DNA from: an uncultured delta proteobacterium
GTDB taxonomy: Bacteria > Desulfobacterota > Binatia > JACPRU01
Direction of reading: 5' to 3'
Length of the DNA: 64,000 bases
NCBI GenBank assembly: GCA_963790365.1
Contig: CAWBOU010000050.1
Location: 5,056-69,055, forward strand
Part shown: one piece after another, positions 1 to 10,353 of the stretch
Layout: each line of letters opens with the position of its first letter
How positions within the stretch are numbered: position 1 is the first letter of the stretch
The notes under the pieces: generated by a model
The model's database searches: none
Told to the model about the DNA's origin: nothing
What the model saw: only the letters and a program-made list of their open reading frames with translations
Program-made: the position numbers and the translations under genes

Positions 1-1
1 T

Positions 2-1282
2 CAGGCCATACGCGACGACGAATCCCGACATGATGGCGATCGCGACTCGATTCCCGAAGGCGCGGCAAACGCCGTAGGCCAGGAAACCCGCCAGGAACGT
101 AAGTAGCGGCTTGAAACGGAACGGCGGCTCGCGGATCGTGCGGTCGTCCAGCAGGTTGGCGTATGCCGTCGCGGCGATCTCGACTCCGCTGAGATCTGCG
201 CGATCTCCCGACGAGAACGCCGTTGCGAAGTGCTCGACCTGTTCAGTTCGCGCGGTTTCCCCGAATCCCACGAACACGACGCGGCCTCGAAACGCAGCTG
301 CATTCGCCTCGGCCGTCGCGCCAAGGGCTTCGTCGTATGGCACGGAACGCAGGCTGCCGGACGGCCCGTACAGGTTGAGAATGCGGGACCCGTCACCCGC
401 GAACAGCGATGCGAGGGTGCCGCCCGTGCGGCGTAAGGCGCCGGCGAGTGAAACGTCTTCCAGCACGATGCTGCGCAGCAGGAGCGACGTCGCCTGTAGC
501 TGGCCCTGGGATTCGAGCTCCTGGATCGAGGCCGGCAGGTAGTCCACAGACTCCGTGGCTTCGCGGGCTATCGCCTCCCGCAGTGCCGGATAGTCGTGGA
601 TCGAACGGGCGAATACGGCGACTGCCGGCATCGTCGCCGAGGCGAGCCCATCCTCCTTGAAGGCCATGAAACGGTCGGCGCGGCGGCCCGGCTCGGCCAG
701 CAACGGAAACGGCGCCGACCCGAGCGCCGCTTCTTCGATCGCCGGGCTCAGCCGAGCCAATGTCTCGTGGTCCGCGACGGCTTCGACTTTCTGGGCCACG
801 ATGACGCGCGCGCCGCGGGTCGCGTCCGCGAACGCGCGGTCCTGCCAGGCATGCAGGTCGCCGTCCGGTCCCGGCAAGGGCGGCCGCTCGCGGAACAGGA
901 CGTCGAAGACGACGAGGCGGGCGCCTGCCTCGGCGAGCCGCGCCAGCAGCTTTGCGTGCACGCAGCGGGGCCAGCGCGAGGGCATCGACGGAAGGCCGAC
1001 GTGTGACGCCGGCGGCGCACCGACGCGAAGATCCTCGCAGCGATGGAACCTCTCCGGTTCGCGCGGCAAGGAGATGTTCGCCGCCGCGTCCTGGCTCATC
1101 AGTACGAGCACGACGTCGCCGGGCGGTTCGACGGAGCCGCGCATGTGGAATAGCCAGGCCAGCCCGAACCGCTGTTCCAGGCCGCGTACCTGCGGCAGTG
1201 CCAGCAGTGCGGCGCAGGTGCTTCCGACCAGCACACCGGACAGGACGGCCACCCAGCGGGCGTTCATGACGCGCCGGATCAT
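2..1282 (-). CDS. CHASE2 extracellular sensor domain membrane protein, N-terminal portion (3' end lies beyond window edge; output domain not visible)
   Basis: Absent from the ORF track because it is edge-truncated. Manual minus-strand translation from ATG at 1280-1282 (in-frame TGA just upstream) gives a TM start MIRRVMNARWVAVLSGVLVGSTCAALL, then CHASE2 hallmarks WPRCVHAKLLARLAEAGARLVVFDVLFRE ... RGRVVFVGFGETARTEQVEHFATAF ... SGVEIAATAYANLLDD, then a hydrophobic stretch (FLAGFLAYGV...) running off position 2. Confidence 0.7.
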   Translation of the reverse strand, partial: MIRRVMNARWVAVLSGVLVGSTCAALLALPQVRGLEQRFGLAWLFHMRGSVEPPGDVVLVLMSQDAAANISLPREPERFHRCEDLRVGAPPASHVGLPSMPSRWPRCVHAKLLARLAEAGARLVVFDVLFRERPPLPGPDGDLHAWQDRAFADATRGARVIVAQKVEAVADHETLARLSPAIEEAALGSAPFPLLAEPGRRADRFMAFKEDGLASATMPAVAVFARSIHDYPALREAIAREATESVDYLPASIQELESQGQLQATSLLLRSIVLEDVSLAGALRRTGGTLASLFAGDGSRILNLYGPSGSLRSVPYDEALGATAEANAAAFRGRVVFVGFGETARTEQVEHFATAFSSGDRADLSGVEIAATAYANLLDDRTIREPPFRFKPLLTFLAGFLAYGVCRAFGNRVAIAIMSGFVVAYGL

Positions 1283-1578
1283 GCACGACAGATCGGCTTG
1301 GTGTCATTCCTGATTTCGTGTCGGGTTGGCGACAGACGCGCGCCACGGCACGGGAGAACCTCGAGCCGGATCAACCAAGAAATTGCTCAACCGTGGAGGC
1401 TGAATATGTGCAACGGAATTTCCGGTCGCTTCCGGCGCATCGTCTCCGGCCTGATGGCGATCGCGACGACTGCGGTACTCGGAGTAACGCTGCAGGCTTC
1501 CCGGGATACAGAGCGACTGCAGGGCCAGGACCTCGACCTTGCGGGCAGCACGCTTCGCGCGGGCTTCGAAGTTGAGTC

Positions 1579-1654
1579 TGGCGCCCCGGGCCGGAGTTGA
1601 ACCGACGACCTGCCGCTTAGGAGGCGGCCGCTCTATCCACTGAGCTACCGGGGC
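1579..1654 (-). tRNA. tRNA-Arg (anticodon CCT), CCA encoded
   Basis: Cloverleaf folds by eye: acceptor GCCCCGG/CCGGGGC, anticodon stem GCCGC/GCGGC, loop CTCCTAA, T-loop TTCAACT, discriminator G + CCA. Confidence 0.85.
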
Positions 1655-1662
1655 GGCGGGGC

Positions 1663-1704
1663 AAAATATTACCCGAGGACCGGTCCCTGTGGACCGGCCT
1701 CGGG
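1663..1704 (-). terminator. Rho-independent terminator-like hairpin (14-bp GC stem CCCGAGGCCGGTCC/GGACCGGTCCTCGGG, 4-nt loop) followed on the minus strand by UAAUAUUUUG
   Basis: Located between the stop of the basic-protein gene (1728) and the tRNA-Arg 5' end (1654) on the same strand; the U-rich tract follows the stem in the direction of transcription. Confidence 0.55.
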
Positions 1705-1727
1705 CAAGGGAACCGGGTTGCAGCGAA

Positions 1728-2042
1728 TCAGGCCGCCTGTGCGGGCGGTGCTGACGTAGTCGGCCGCGGTTCGGCCAGTAACTGGTCGACGGCGGCGGAC
1801 GCCTGCTCGACCTTGTCGGCGGTCGCACCGAAGATCCGGTTCGCGACTCTCTCGACCGTCCGGGTCGCCGAGCGGGCGTTCCTCGCAGTGCTGCGAATGG
1901 CCGACGTCGCTCCGCGCTTGACGGCCTTCACTTGCCGGCGGGTCGAGCGTGCTGCCTTGCGCACCTTGCGCTTGGTCTTGCGCACGGCCGACTTGGCCTT
2001 GCGCCGTACTGCCGTCGCCTTGCGAGCGACCTTCCGTCGCAC
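1728..2042 (-). CDS. Histone H1-like / Lys-Ala-Arg-rich basic DNA-binding protein (KAxxK-type repeats); N-terminus probably displaced by a frameshift
   Basis: Track ORF starts at a GTG (MRRKVARKATAVRRKAKSAVRKTKRKVRKAARSTRRQVKAVKRG...). A good ATG start MAARKKPKRAATPIGTA lies at 2118/2139 in the -1 frame, whose continuation is Q-rich nonsense. The lysine-rich frame is open upstream without a start codon. Confidence 0.5.
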   Translation of the reverse strand: MRRKVARKATAVRRKAKSAVRKTKRKVRKAARSTRRQVKAVKRGATSAIRSTARNARSATRTVERVANRIFGATADKVEQASAAVDQLLAEPRPTTSAPPAQAA

Positions 2043-2197
2043 GACCCTCTTCTTGCGCGCCAGCTTGCGCCGTACCGATCGGCGTCGCGGCCCTCTTCGG
2101 TTTCTTCCTCGCTGCCATGACCATTCTCCAGATTGCCACGACCCGGCTTCACGCTAGGCTTGCGATCGGTGACTGTCAACGACAGAAAGAAGGAAAA

Positions 2198-2273
<76 letters not shown>

Positions 2274-2374
2274 ACGAACGAGGGGCGGGATTGTAAAGAC
2301 GCGGCGCCGGTGCAGCAAGCCAAGGGTTTTCCGCATGGGGCGGCTGCCGTCGCAATCGGGTACCTTTCAGGACC

Positions 2375-2848
2375 ATGAGGATTCGTGACGCGACGCCCGC
2401 GGACCTGCCCTTCATCGTCGCGGCAAACACCGCGCTTGCCGCCGAAACCGAAGGCCAGGCGCTCGAACCGGCGGTGCTGCAGGCGGGCGTCCAGGCCGTC
2501 CTGGCGGACCCCCGGCTCGGCCGCTACTACCTGGCGGAACGCGACGGGCAGGTTCTCGGCCAGCTCATGACCACGTTCGAGTGGAGCGACTGGCGGAATG
2601 GCCTCTTTCTCTGGATCCAGTCGGTCTACGTGATGCCCGAGCATCGCGGTGACGGTGTGTTCAAGGCCTTGTTCGAGCACCTGGCGGGGGTCGCGCGCCA
2701 GGACCCGCGCGTTTGCGGCATCCGGCTGTACGTCGACCGCGGCAACCAGAAGGCCCAGTCGGTGTACGGCCGCCTCGGCATGCACCGCTCCAACTACGGC
2801 GTGATGGAGACGGTTTACCGCGGCCCGGAGTCGCGCGAAGACTCCTGA
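2375..2848 (+). CDS. GNAT family N-acetyltransferase
   Basis: 157-aa ORF; acetyl-CoA-binding region QSVYVMPEHRGDGVFKALFEHL typical of GNAT motif A; low Arg bias. Confidence 0.75.
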   Translation: MRIRDATPADLPFIVAANTALAAETEGQALEPAVLQAGVQAVLADPRLGRYYLAERDGQVLGQLMTTFEWSDWRNGLFLWIQSVYVMPEHRGDGVFKALFEHLAGVARQDPRVCGIRLYVDRGNQKAQSVYGRLGMHRSNYGVMETVYRGPESREDS

Positions 2849-2850
2849 CC

Positions 2851-3354
2851 ATGCTGAAAGCGGGGACCGAGGCGCCCGACTTTACGTTGCCCGACCAGGA
2901 CGGCCAGTCGCGCAGTCTTGCCAGCCTGGCCGATGACGGTCCGCTGATCCTCTACTTCTACCCGGCCGACTTCACCCCGGGTTGCACGCGGGAAGCCTGC
3001 GGCCTGCGCGACCTGCACGCCCGGATCGTGGCGTCGGGCCTGCGCGTCGCCGGCATCAGCCCGCAGTCGCCGGAGAGCCACCGCCGCTTCCGCGAGGAGC
3101 ACTCCCTGCCCTTCACGCTGCTGTCGGACGAGGACAAGGCGGTCATCCGGGCCTACGGCGTCGACGGGCCGCTCGGCATCGGCGTGCGGCGCGCCACCTT
3201 CCTGATCGACGCGCGCCGCCGCATCGCGGACGCCGTCCTGGCCGACTTCAGGATCGGCAAGCACCAGGCGTTCGTCGAGCGGGCGATCGCGGCTAGGGCA
3301 GGTCGAATGCGCGTGACGGCCGCGCGGCTGAAGCGCGGCACCGCCACCATGTAG
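2851..3354 (+). CDS. bcp: Thiol peroxidase Bcp (peroxiredoxin, AhpC/TSA family)
   Basis: ATG at 2851, 3 nt after the GNAT stop. FYPADFTPGCTREACGLRD contains the peroxiredoxin PxxxTxxC active site. Its C-terminal ~20 aa overlap the convergent histidine phosphatase ORF. Confidence 0.8.
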   Translation: MLKAGTEAPDFTLPDQDGQSRSLASLADDGPLILYFYPADFTPGCTREACGLRDLHARIVASGLRVAGISPQSPESHRRFREEHSLPFTLLSDEDKAVIRAYGVDGPLGIGVRRATFLIDARRRIADAVLADFRIGKHQAFVERAIAARAGRMRVTAARLKRGTATM

Positions 3355-3860
3355 AGGATCCCGTAGTCGGCTTCGGACATCGGGCCGACTTCCACGCCGG
3401 ACAGTTCCTTGACGATCTCGGGAACGGTGTCCGAGTGGCCGACGATCAGGACACGACCGCCGCGATACTCCGAGAGGGCGCGCTTCGCCGCGCCCTCGGG
3501 GTCTTCGGCCTTCACGACGATCACCGGGATGCCGAGGCGGTTCGCAAGCGGGCGCACCGTGTCCTGGGTCCGGCGCAGCTCCGTGACGATGATCGCATCG
3601 AGCGCCTGTTCCCTGGGCGCCCCGCCGAAATGCTGGGCGAGCTCGAGCGCCCGCGCCTCGCCCGCCGGCGCGAGCGCCGGATCCGGGTCGTCGGGATTCA
3701 CGGTGAGCTTCTCCGCGTGGCGCATGACGAAGATGGTCGTCGTCGAGGCCGCGGTGACGAGCCAGAACCCGATTCCAATGACGACGAGGCCCGCGAGTGC
3801 CGCGATCCAGACCGGCGCCAGCAATGGCCGGCGGCGCAAGCTCGCGTATTCTTTACGCAT
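3153..3860 (-). CDS. Histidine phosphatase (phosphoglycerate mutase-like/SixA-like) with N-terminal membrane anchor; C-terminal end uncertain
   Basis: MRKEYASLRRRPLLAPVWIAALAGLVVIGIGFWLV, then the RHAE catalytic motif (IFVMRHAEK) and ...RVLIVGHSDTVPEIV. The 3' ~200 nt overlap bcp on the opposite strand, so the true stop may be earlier. Confidence 0.6.
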   Translation of the reverse strand: MRKEYASLRRRPLLAPVWIAALAGLVVIGIGFWLVTAASTTTIFVMRHAEKLTVNPDDPDPALAPAGEARALELAQHFGGAPREQALDAIIVTELRRTQDTVRPLANRLGIPVIVVKAEDPEGAAKRALSEYRGGRVLIVGHSDTVPEIVKELSGVEVGPMSEADYGILYMVAVPRFSRAAVTRIRPALAAIARSTNAWCLPILKSARTASAMRRRASIRKVARRTPMPSGPSTP

Positions 3861-4524
3861 GCCGCCGATGATAGCGCGCCCGTGGGTCGTCCTGCTCGCA
3901 GCGGGGGGTGCGCGCCGCTTCGGCGGTCCCAAGCAGCTCGCGCGCGTCGGACGCGAGTCGCTGCTGCGTCGCGCCGCCCGCGTTGCGCTCGCAAGCGGAC
4001 CCGCCGGCTGCATCGTCGTCCTCGGCGCGCATTCGGCACGACTGCGGAAGGAGCTGTCCGGTGTGCCCGTGACGGTCGTCGTGAACCGGAATTGGCGCCA
4101 GGGACTCGCGAGCTCGCTGGTGGCCGGCATCGACGCATTGCCGCGATCTGCCCGCGCGGCGCTGGTCATCCTCGCCGACCAGGCGGCGCTCGGTCCCGCG
4201 GATCTCGTGTTGCTGGCGGCGGTTTCGCGGGCCCGGCCCGGTGCGATCGTCGCGACCCAGGCAGGGGGCGTGCTCGGACCGCCGGCGCTGCTGCCGCGCG
4301 GCGTGTTCCGGGCCGTCCGCCGCCTTCGCGGCGACCAGGGTGCGCGCGAGCTGCTGCGCGATCCGGCGCGGAAGGTCGTCGCCGTCGAGCTGCCGAACGC
4401 CGCGATCGATGTCGATCGACCGGCCGACGTCGGCCGGCTCAGGCGCGTGACAGCTCGTGCCCGAACGCCTCGATCCGCCGGATCGTCCCCGTCACGTCGT
4501 CCCAGGTCGTCTGGTGGGACATGA
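3859..4524 (+). CDS. MobA-like NTP transferase domain protein (molybdenum-cofactor cytidylyl/guanylyltransferase-like)
   Basis: MPPMIARPWVVLLAAGGARRFGGPKQLA is the classic LAAGxSxRxGxxKxL nucleotidyltransferase N-terminus. The ATG overlaps the divergent phosphatase start codon by 2 nt. The 3' end (Arg/Ser-rich) is probably over-extended. Confidence 0.6.
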   Translation: MPPMIARPWVVLLAAGGARRFGGPKQLARVGRESLLRRAARVALASGPAGCIVVLGAHSARLRKELSGVPVTVVVNRNWRQGLASSLVAGIDALPRSARAALVILADQAALGPADLVLLAAVSRARPGAIVATQAGGVLGPPALLPRGVFRAVRRLRGDQGARELLRDPARKVVAVELPNAAIDVDRPADVGRLRRVTARARTPRSAGSSPSRRPRSSGGT

Positions 4525-5878
4525 TGCACAGGCGCAGCGAGTAGGTTCCCCGCAGCCGCGTCGACGAAATCATCGCCGCGCCGGACTGGATGACGCGCCC
4601 CTGAATGGACTCGTTCAGCGCGTCGATCCGCGCCGGCGTCCAGCCGGCTTCCCGGGGCCGGTAGCGGAAGCACACCACGCCCAGCGACGGCGGACCCAGG
4701 AGCTCGAGGCTCTCCGATCCGGCGACGAGCGCGCCTGCATCGGACGCAAACTGGATCGTGCGCGCAATCGCCTCGCGGAAGCGGGCGAGACCGAACGTCT
4801 GGATCGACATCCACACCTTCAGTGCCCGGAAGGAGCGCGTGAGCTGGTAACCGCGGTCCGCGAAATTGACGTGCTCGAGCCCGAGCTTCGTGTCCTGCAG
4901 GTAGTCGGGATTCACGCTGAACGCGCGCACGAGGTCGCCGACGTCCTTGACCATCACGCAGCCGGCCTCGAATGGCTGGTACAGCCACTTGTGCGCGTCG
5001 AGGCTGATCGAGTCGGCACGCTCGATGCCGGCCAGCAGGTGCCGGCCGGTTTCGCTGAGCACGGCAAAGCCGCCGTAGGCCCCGTCGACGTGCAGCCAGA
5101 TGTGCTCGGCCGCGCAGAAATCCGCGATCGCAGGAAGCGGATCAATCGCGCCCGTGTTCGTCGTGCCGGCATTCGCGCACACCGCGATGGGCGAAAGGCC
5201 GTCGGCCCTAGCCTCGCGGACGGCCGCTGCGAGCGCCGGCAATGGCAGCCGGAAATCCGCCTCTGACGGCACGACCACGACGGCCTCCGGCCGCACGCCG
5301 ATGATGCGCGCGGCGCGCTCGACCGCCGAGTGTGTCTGGTCGCTCAGGAAAATCGCCGGGCGCTCCGGCGCACCCGCCTTTTCGCGGGCGGCCACGAACG
5401 CATCGAGGATGGCCGCGGAACCTCCCGACGTGAAGAGCCCGCCGGCCGACTCCGGGTAGCCGATCCAGTCGCGGATCCAGTCGATCACGACCAGCTCGAC
5501 CTGGCTCGGCGCCCCTGCGCCCAGCCAGGTGCCCTGGAAGGTGTTGAACCCCGCGGCCAGGAAGTCGGCGATCACGCCGGGCCAGGTCGGCGCAGACGGC
5601 ACGAATGCGAAAAAGCGCGGGTGGTCCACCCGCCCGGCGACGGGCAGGATGTCCTGCACCGCGCGCTCGAGAACCTTCACGGCGTCCTGGCCCTGCTCCG
5701 GCGCCGGCTCGCGCAGGATCTTCTCGAGCTCCGCCCGCGTCGCGCCGCGCCAGGGCACGTCGTCGCGCAGGCCCTCGAGGCGCGCCAGCAGGCTGTCCGT
5801 CGCCGCGTCGGCCAGTTGTCTCATCGATTCGGGCGTCAGGCTGAGGCCGGCGCCATCGACACTTGCGCGGTCGGTCAT
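4439..5878 (-). CDS. Pyridoxal-phosphate-dependent amino-acid decarboxylase (group II, DOPA/Tyr/Glu decarboxylase family)
   Basis: 479-aa continuous ORF with SLDAHKWL PLP-lysine motif. Start set at the ATG at 5878 (MTDRAS...) because the track start at 5920 would overlap tRNA-Ser. Confidence 0.8.
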   Translation of the reverse strand: MTDRASVDGAGLSLTPESMRQLADAATDSLLARLEGLRDDVPWRGATRAELEKILREPAPEQGQDAVKVLERAVQDILPVAGRVDHPRFFAFVPSAPTWPGVIADFLAAGFNTFQGTWLGAGAPSQVELVVIDWIRDWIGYPESAGGLFTSGGSAAILDAFVAAREKAGAPERPAIFLSDQTHSAVERAARIIGVRPEAVVVVPSEADFRLPLPALAAAVREARADGLSPIAVCANAGTTNTGAIDPLPAIADFCAAEHIWLHVDGAYGGFAVLSETGRHLLAGIERADSISLDAHKWLYQPFEAGCVMVKDVGDLVRAFSVNPDYLQDTKLGLEHVNFADRGYQLTRSFRALKVWMSIQTFGLARFREAIARTIQFASDAGALVAGSESLELLGPPSLGVVCFRYRPREAGWTPARIDALNESIQGRVIQSGAAMISSTRLRGTYSLRLCIMSHQTTWDDVTGTIRRIEAFGHELSRA

Positions 5879-5892
5879 GTTCCTCGGTGCAT

Positions 5893-5982
5893 TGGCGGAG
5901 AGGGTGAGATTCGAACTCACGAGCCCCGTGAGGGGCTGCCGGTTTTCAAGACCGGTGCATTCAACCGCTCTGCCACCTCTCC
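5893..5982 (-). tRNA. tRNA-Ser (anticodon TGA), long variable arm, CCA encoded
   Basis: GGAGAGG acceptor, anticodon stem CCGGT/ACCGG with loop CTTGAAA, 17-nt variable arm AGCCCCTCACGGGGCTC, T-loop TTCGAAT. Confidence 0.85.
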
Positions 5983-6011
5983 GTCCGGGCCTGCGATGCC
6001 GCAGGCGGATT

Positions 6012-7229
6012 CTAGATCATCGACTGCATGAGTAGCTTGAGGAGTTCCTGCAGCGGGATTTCGATCAGCACCAGAGGCAGCAGGGGCAGCAGCGCCGCGA
6101 TCGCAAATGCGAGGGCGGTCTTCAGCGTGATCGGCAAGAGACGCATCGCATCGACGCGCTCGAAGCTCGCGCCGATATCTGCGAGCGGTCCGATGTCGTC
6201 GTTGGCCTCGCGCGGTTGTTCGCCCGCCTTGGTGCCGATCCATCGTCGCTGGAAGCCCTGGACATAGCGGGACGCGAAGCTGCCGTAGTTCAGCACGCCC
6301 GCCTCCTTGGCGACCCGCAGCGGGCGCCAGAACACGGCGAGCGGGGCTATGCCGCCCACGATCATCAGCGCGATGAAGACGGCCAACGGCCACTGGAACG
6401 CCGTGAGCGCGACGCCTTCGTGCAATACCCTCGTCCCGACCGCTCCCGCGACCAGGCAACTCAGCGCAAGGCCGACGCTGCTGAATGCGGTGTGCCCGAG
6501 ATCCACGAATGCGAGTCCCGCCGTGCGATCGGGATGGGTCGCGACGATCTGCAGGTCGAAGCGCGACAGGCGCTGCAGCAGCCAGCACCACACGAGATAA
6601 CGCCAGAACCAGCGCAGGAACAGGAACAGCGGCAGCCAGGACCAGAGCGCGTACCACCAGCCGGCCGCAGTCAGCCGCGAATGGCCCGCGACGGCGGGCT
6701 GCTCGAACCAGAACGTGACGCCGTCCGCCGTCAGGTTACGAAACGCTGCGACGACGAACAGGGCCGCGACGACCACGATGACGAGCTCGGCGACGTTGGA
6801 CTGCAGCGCCCGCCCCACTCGCCGGATGAGCCCGTCGAACCGCGCGCGATCCGTGCCTGCGATCAGCTCCGCATTGACGAACTGCGCCACCACGATCCCG
6901 GTCCGGCGCCCGATCGCGGCTTCGGCGATCACCAGCAACGGCACGACGACGAGGAACCGCACGTGCGTCGAGAGGTCCTCGATGAAGCTGACGGCGGCTT
7001 CGGCGCCGTCGTGCGGACGCAGGAACGCCAGCGCCAGCAGGGGAACCCAGACCACGACCGCCGGCACGAATGCGCGAATGAATAGCTGCGGAGGCTCGCG
7101 GCTCTTGAGCCCGACGCGGGCCAGCGCCCGGTCGATCGGGCCACAGTTGGTCAGCGAGAAGCCGTCAGCGTCCGGCGCGGCAGCCATGTTCGCTCCCTTG
7201 CTGCCGCGAATTATGGCACTTGGCTCCAT
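6012..7229 (-). CDS. Hypothetical polytopic membrane protein
   Basis: 405-aa ORF with multiple hydrophobic helices (WWYALWSWLPLFLFLRWFWRYLVWCWLL). Divergent from the YccA-like gene. No recognisable catalytic motif. Confidence 0.5.
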   Translation of the reverse strand: MEPSAIIRGSKGANMAAAPDADGFSLTNCGPIDRALARVGLKSREPPQLFIRAFVPAVVVWVPLLALAFLRPHDGAEAAVSFIEDLSTHVRFLVVVPLLVIAEAAIGRRTGIVVAQFVNAELIAGTDRARFDGLIRRVGRALQSNVAELVIVVVAALFVVAAFRNLTADGVTFWFEQPAVAGHSRLTAAGWWYALWSWLPLFLFLRWFWRYLVWCWLLQRLSRFDLQIVATHPDRTAGLAFVDLGHTAFSSVGLALSCLVAGAVGTRVLHEGVALTAFQWPLAVFIALMIVGGIAPLAVFWRPLRVAKEAGVLNYGSFASRYVQGFQRRWIGTKAGEQPREANDDIGPLADIGASFERVDAMRLLPITLKTALAFAIAALLPLLPLVLIEIPLQELLKLLMQSMI

Positions 7230-7296
7230 CCGGAGTTACCGGTCCCGGTGCGCTATAATGCGTGCCACGCCCGACCACGGGCCGGAGGATCGTGCC

Positions 7297-7974
7297 ATGG
7301 AACGCAATACCGCCGTCGTCACGCCGCGCGTCGCAACGCGCGAATCTTCGCTTGCGACGAACAAGGTGCTGCGCAACACCTACCTGCTGCTGTCGGCGAC
7401 GCTCGCCTTCAGCGCGGTCATGGCGGGCGTCAGCTACGCGCTGAACCTGCCCTACCTGGGACCCTGGGTCACTCTCATCGGCTATTTCGCATTGCTTTTC
7501 GCCGTGCACAAGACGGCCGACAGCGCCTGGGGACTGCTCTCCGTCTTTGCGCTGACGGGATTCATGGGGTACACGCTCGGGCCGATCCTGAGCCTTTACG
7601 TCCAGGCCATCCCCGACGGCCACACCGTCGTCATGACCGCGTTCGGCATCACCGCCGTGACCTTCGTCGCCTTGTCGGCCTACGCCATCCGCAGCGGCCG
7701 GCGTTTCTCGTTCATGGGCGGCTTCCTGGCGGTCGGCATCCTGACTGCGTTCCTGCTCGGCATCGTTGCGCTCGTGTTCTCGATTCCGGCGCTGTCACTC
7801 GCGGTGTCCGGAATGTTCGTGCTGCTGATGGCCGGGCTGATCCTGTACGAAACCGGCGAGATCGTGCACGGGGGCGAGACGAACTACATCCACGCGACCG
7901 TGACGCTCTACGTCAGCATCTACAACCTCTTCACGAGCCTGCTGCACCTGCTCGGCATGGCCGGCGACGATTGA
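7297..7974 (+). CDS. Bax inhibitor-1/YccA (TMBIM) family inner-membrane protein
   Basis: ATG at 7297 preceded by GGAGGA. 7-TM pattern with C-terminal ...LILYETGEIVHGGETNYIHATVTLYVSIYNLF typical of BI-1/YccA proteins. Confidence 0.75.
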   Translation: MERNTAVVTPRVATRESSLATNKVLRNTYLLLSATLAFSAVMAGVSYALNLPYLGPWVTLIGYFALLFAVHKTADSAWGLLSVFALTGFMGYTLGPILSLYVQAIPDGHTVVMTAFGITAVTFVALSAYAIRSGRRFSFMGGFLAVGILTAFLLGIVALVFSIPALSLAVSGMFVLLMAGLILYETGEIVHGGETNYIHATVTLYVSIYNLFTSLLHLLGMAGDD

Positions 7975-9302
<1,328 letters not shown>

Positions 9303-9355
9303 GGTTTCGAGCCCGAGAAAGCGGCCAGATTAGCCGCGGGGCCCCCTCCAGGGAA

Positions 9356-9901
9356 TCAGGGCGCGCCTTCGCGATCGAGGTCCGGCAGCTTCGGGAAGAG
9401 GCGCACGCCGTCGATCAGGAAGTCGCCTTCGACGTACGGGCACATCGCGCGCCGCTGGCGGATCCGCCAGCCCTGGGACGTCTTCACGAGCTCGTCGTGG
9501 TAGACGGCCGCGATCACCCAGTGGTTGTGGCTGTTGTCGTTGCGGATCTGCAGGTGCACCGCGTGCACCGGCGTCGACGCCTTCGCTTTGTCCCCGTCGA
9601 TCGAGACGACGTGCGGCGAGACGTGATGCTGCGTCCAGTAGCAACGGTCGTGGAAGTATTTGTAGAGCTCGAGGCCCTTCGGCATCGAGAAATCGATGCG
9701 CTGGCCGCGGAGCCGATAGAGGACGCTCGCGTCATCGGTGAAGACTTTCGGGAGGAGCTCGTCGTGGAGCTTCTCGTCGAACGCGCGCGCGACCTGCTGG
9801 ATGGTGTGGATGATCGCGAGGTGGTCTGCCAATCGCTGGACGTCGCTCATCGGGGAAACCTCCGAGGACGACCCCCTATGAGGAGAGCGACTCTTCGTCA
9901 A
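9356..9901 (-). CDS. SnoaL/NTF2-like fold hypothetical protein
   Basis: 181-aa ORF with low Arg bias and an aromatic/His-rich core typical of NTF2-like small enzymes. Alternative start MSDVQRL at 9850. Confidence 0.5.
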   Translation of the reverse strand: MTKSRSPHRGSSSEVSPMSDVQRLADHLAIIHTIQQVARAFDEKLHDELLPKVFTDDASVLYRLRGQRIDFSMPKGLELYKYFHDRCYWTQHHVSPHVVSIDGDKAKASTPVHAVHLQIRNDNSHNHWVIAAVYHDELVKTSQGWRIRQRRAMCPYVEGDFLIDGVRLFPKLPDLDREGAP

Positions 9902-9928
9902 ATCCCGCCGGACGACGGCGGCGCGCCG

Positions 9929-10297
9929 TCAACACGCGCGTCGAACGGCTTGAAGAAGCGCGTCGAGCTGGAATGGTTTCGCGACGAAGGCGAAGCCGCC
10001 GGAGGCGGCAACGCGGGCTTCCGCGCCGAGGTCGGCCGTCAGGAAGATCACGGGAATCGAGGCGAGCTCCCGGTCGCGGAGCTGCTCGACGCGGAAAGCC
10101 CATCCATCCATCACGGGCATCCGGACGTCGAGGATGATGACGCACGGTCGGGTCGCGCCTTCCCGCCGCAGTTGATCCAGCGCGGCGCGCCCGTGCTCGG
10201 CCGTGACGCATCCGTAGCCCGACAAGCCGAGCAACTCGGCGAGCGATTCCCGCGCGTCGCTGTCGTCGTCGACGATCATGACGAGCTCGTTGGCCAA
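9929..10297 (-). CDS. Single-domain response regulator (CheY-like receiver)
   Basis: MANELVMIVDDDSDARESLAELL...ILDVRMPVMDGWAF...IPVIFLTA...KPF: DD pair, phospho-acceptor D, and conserved T/K positions. Confidence 0.8.
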   Translation of the reverse strand: MANELVMIVDDDSDARESLAELLGLSGYGCVTAEHGRAALDQLRREGATRPCVIILDVRMPVMDGWAFRVEQLRDRELASIPVIFLTADLGAEARVAASGGFAFVAKPFQLDALLQAVRRAC

Positions 10298-10353
10298 TTG
10301 CGGCTTCCTGGACGACGATCCGCTCTAGGCGCCGCGAGGCGACCGCAGGACAT

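Noticed and set aside
393-1346. Long Arg/Gly/Pro-rich ORFs throughout the track (e.g. 393-1346, 14622-16283, 17659-18846, 20165-21394, 36254-37870, 37750-39822, 40005-41138, 42535-44424, 47970-49250, 54424-56349)
   Set aside because: Composition (30-40% Arg, RRRR/GRRG runs) and antisense or overlapping position relative to well-supported genes mark them as frame artefacts of ~70% GC DNA where stop codons are rare. No motif support.
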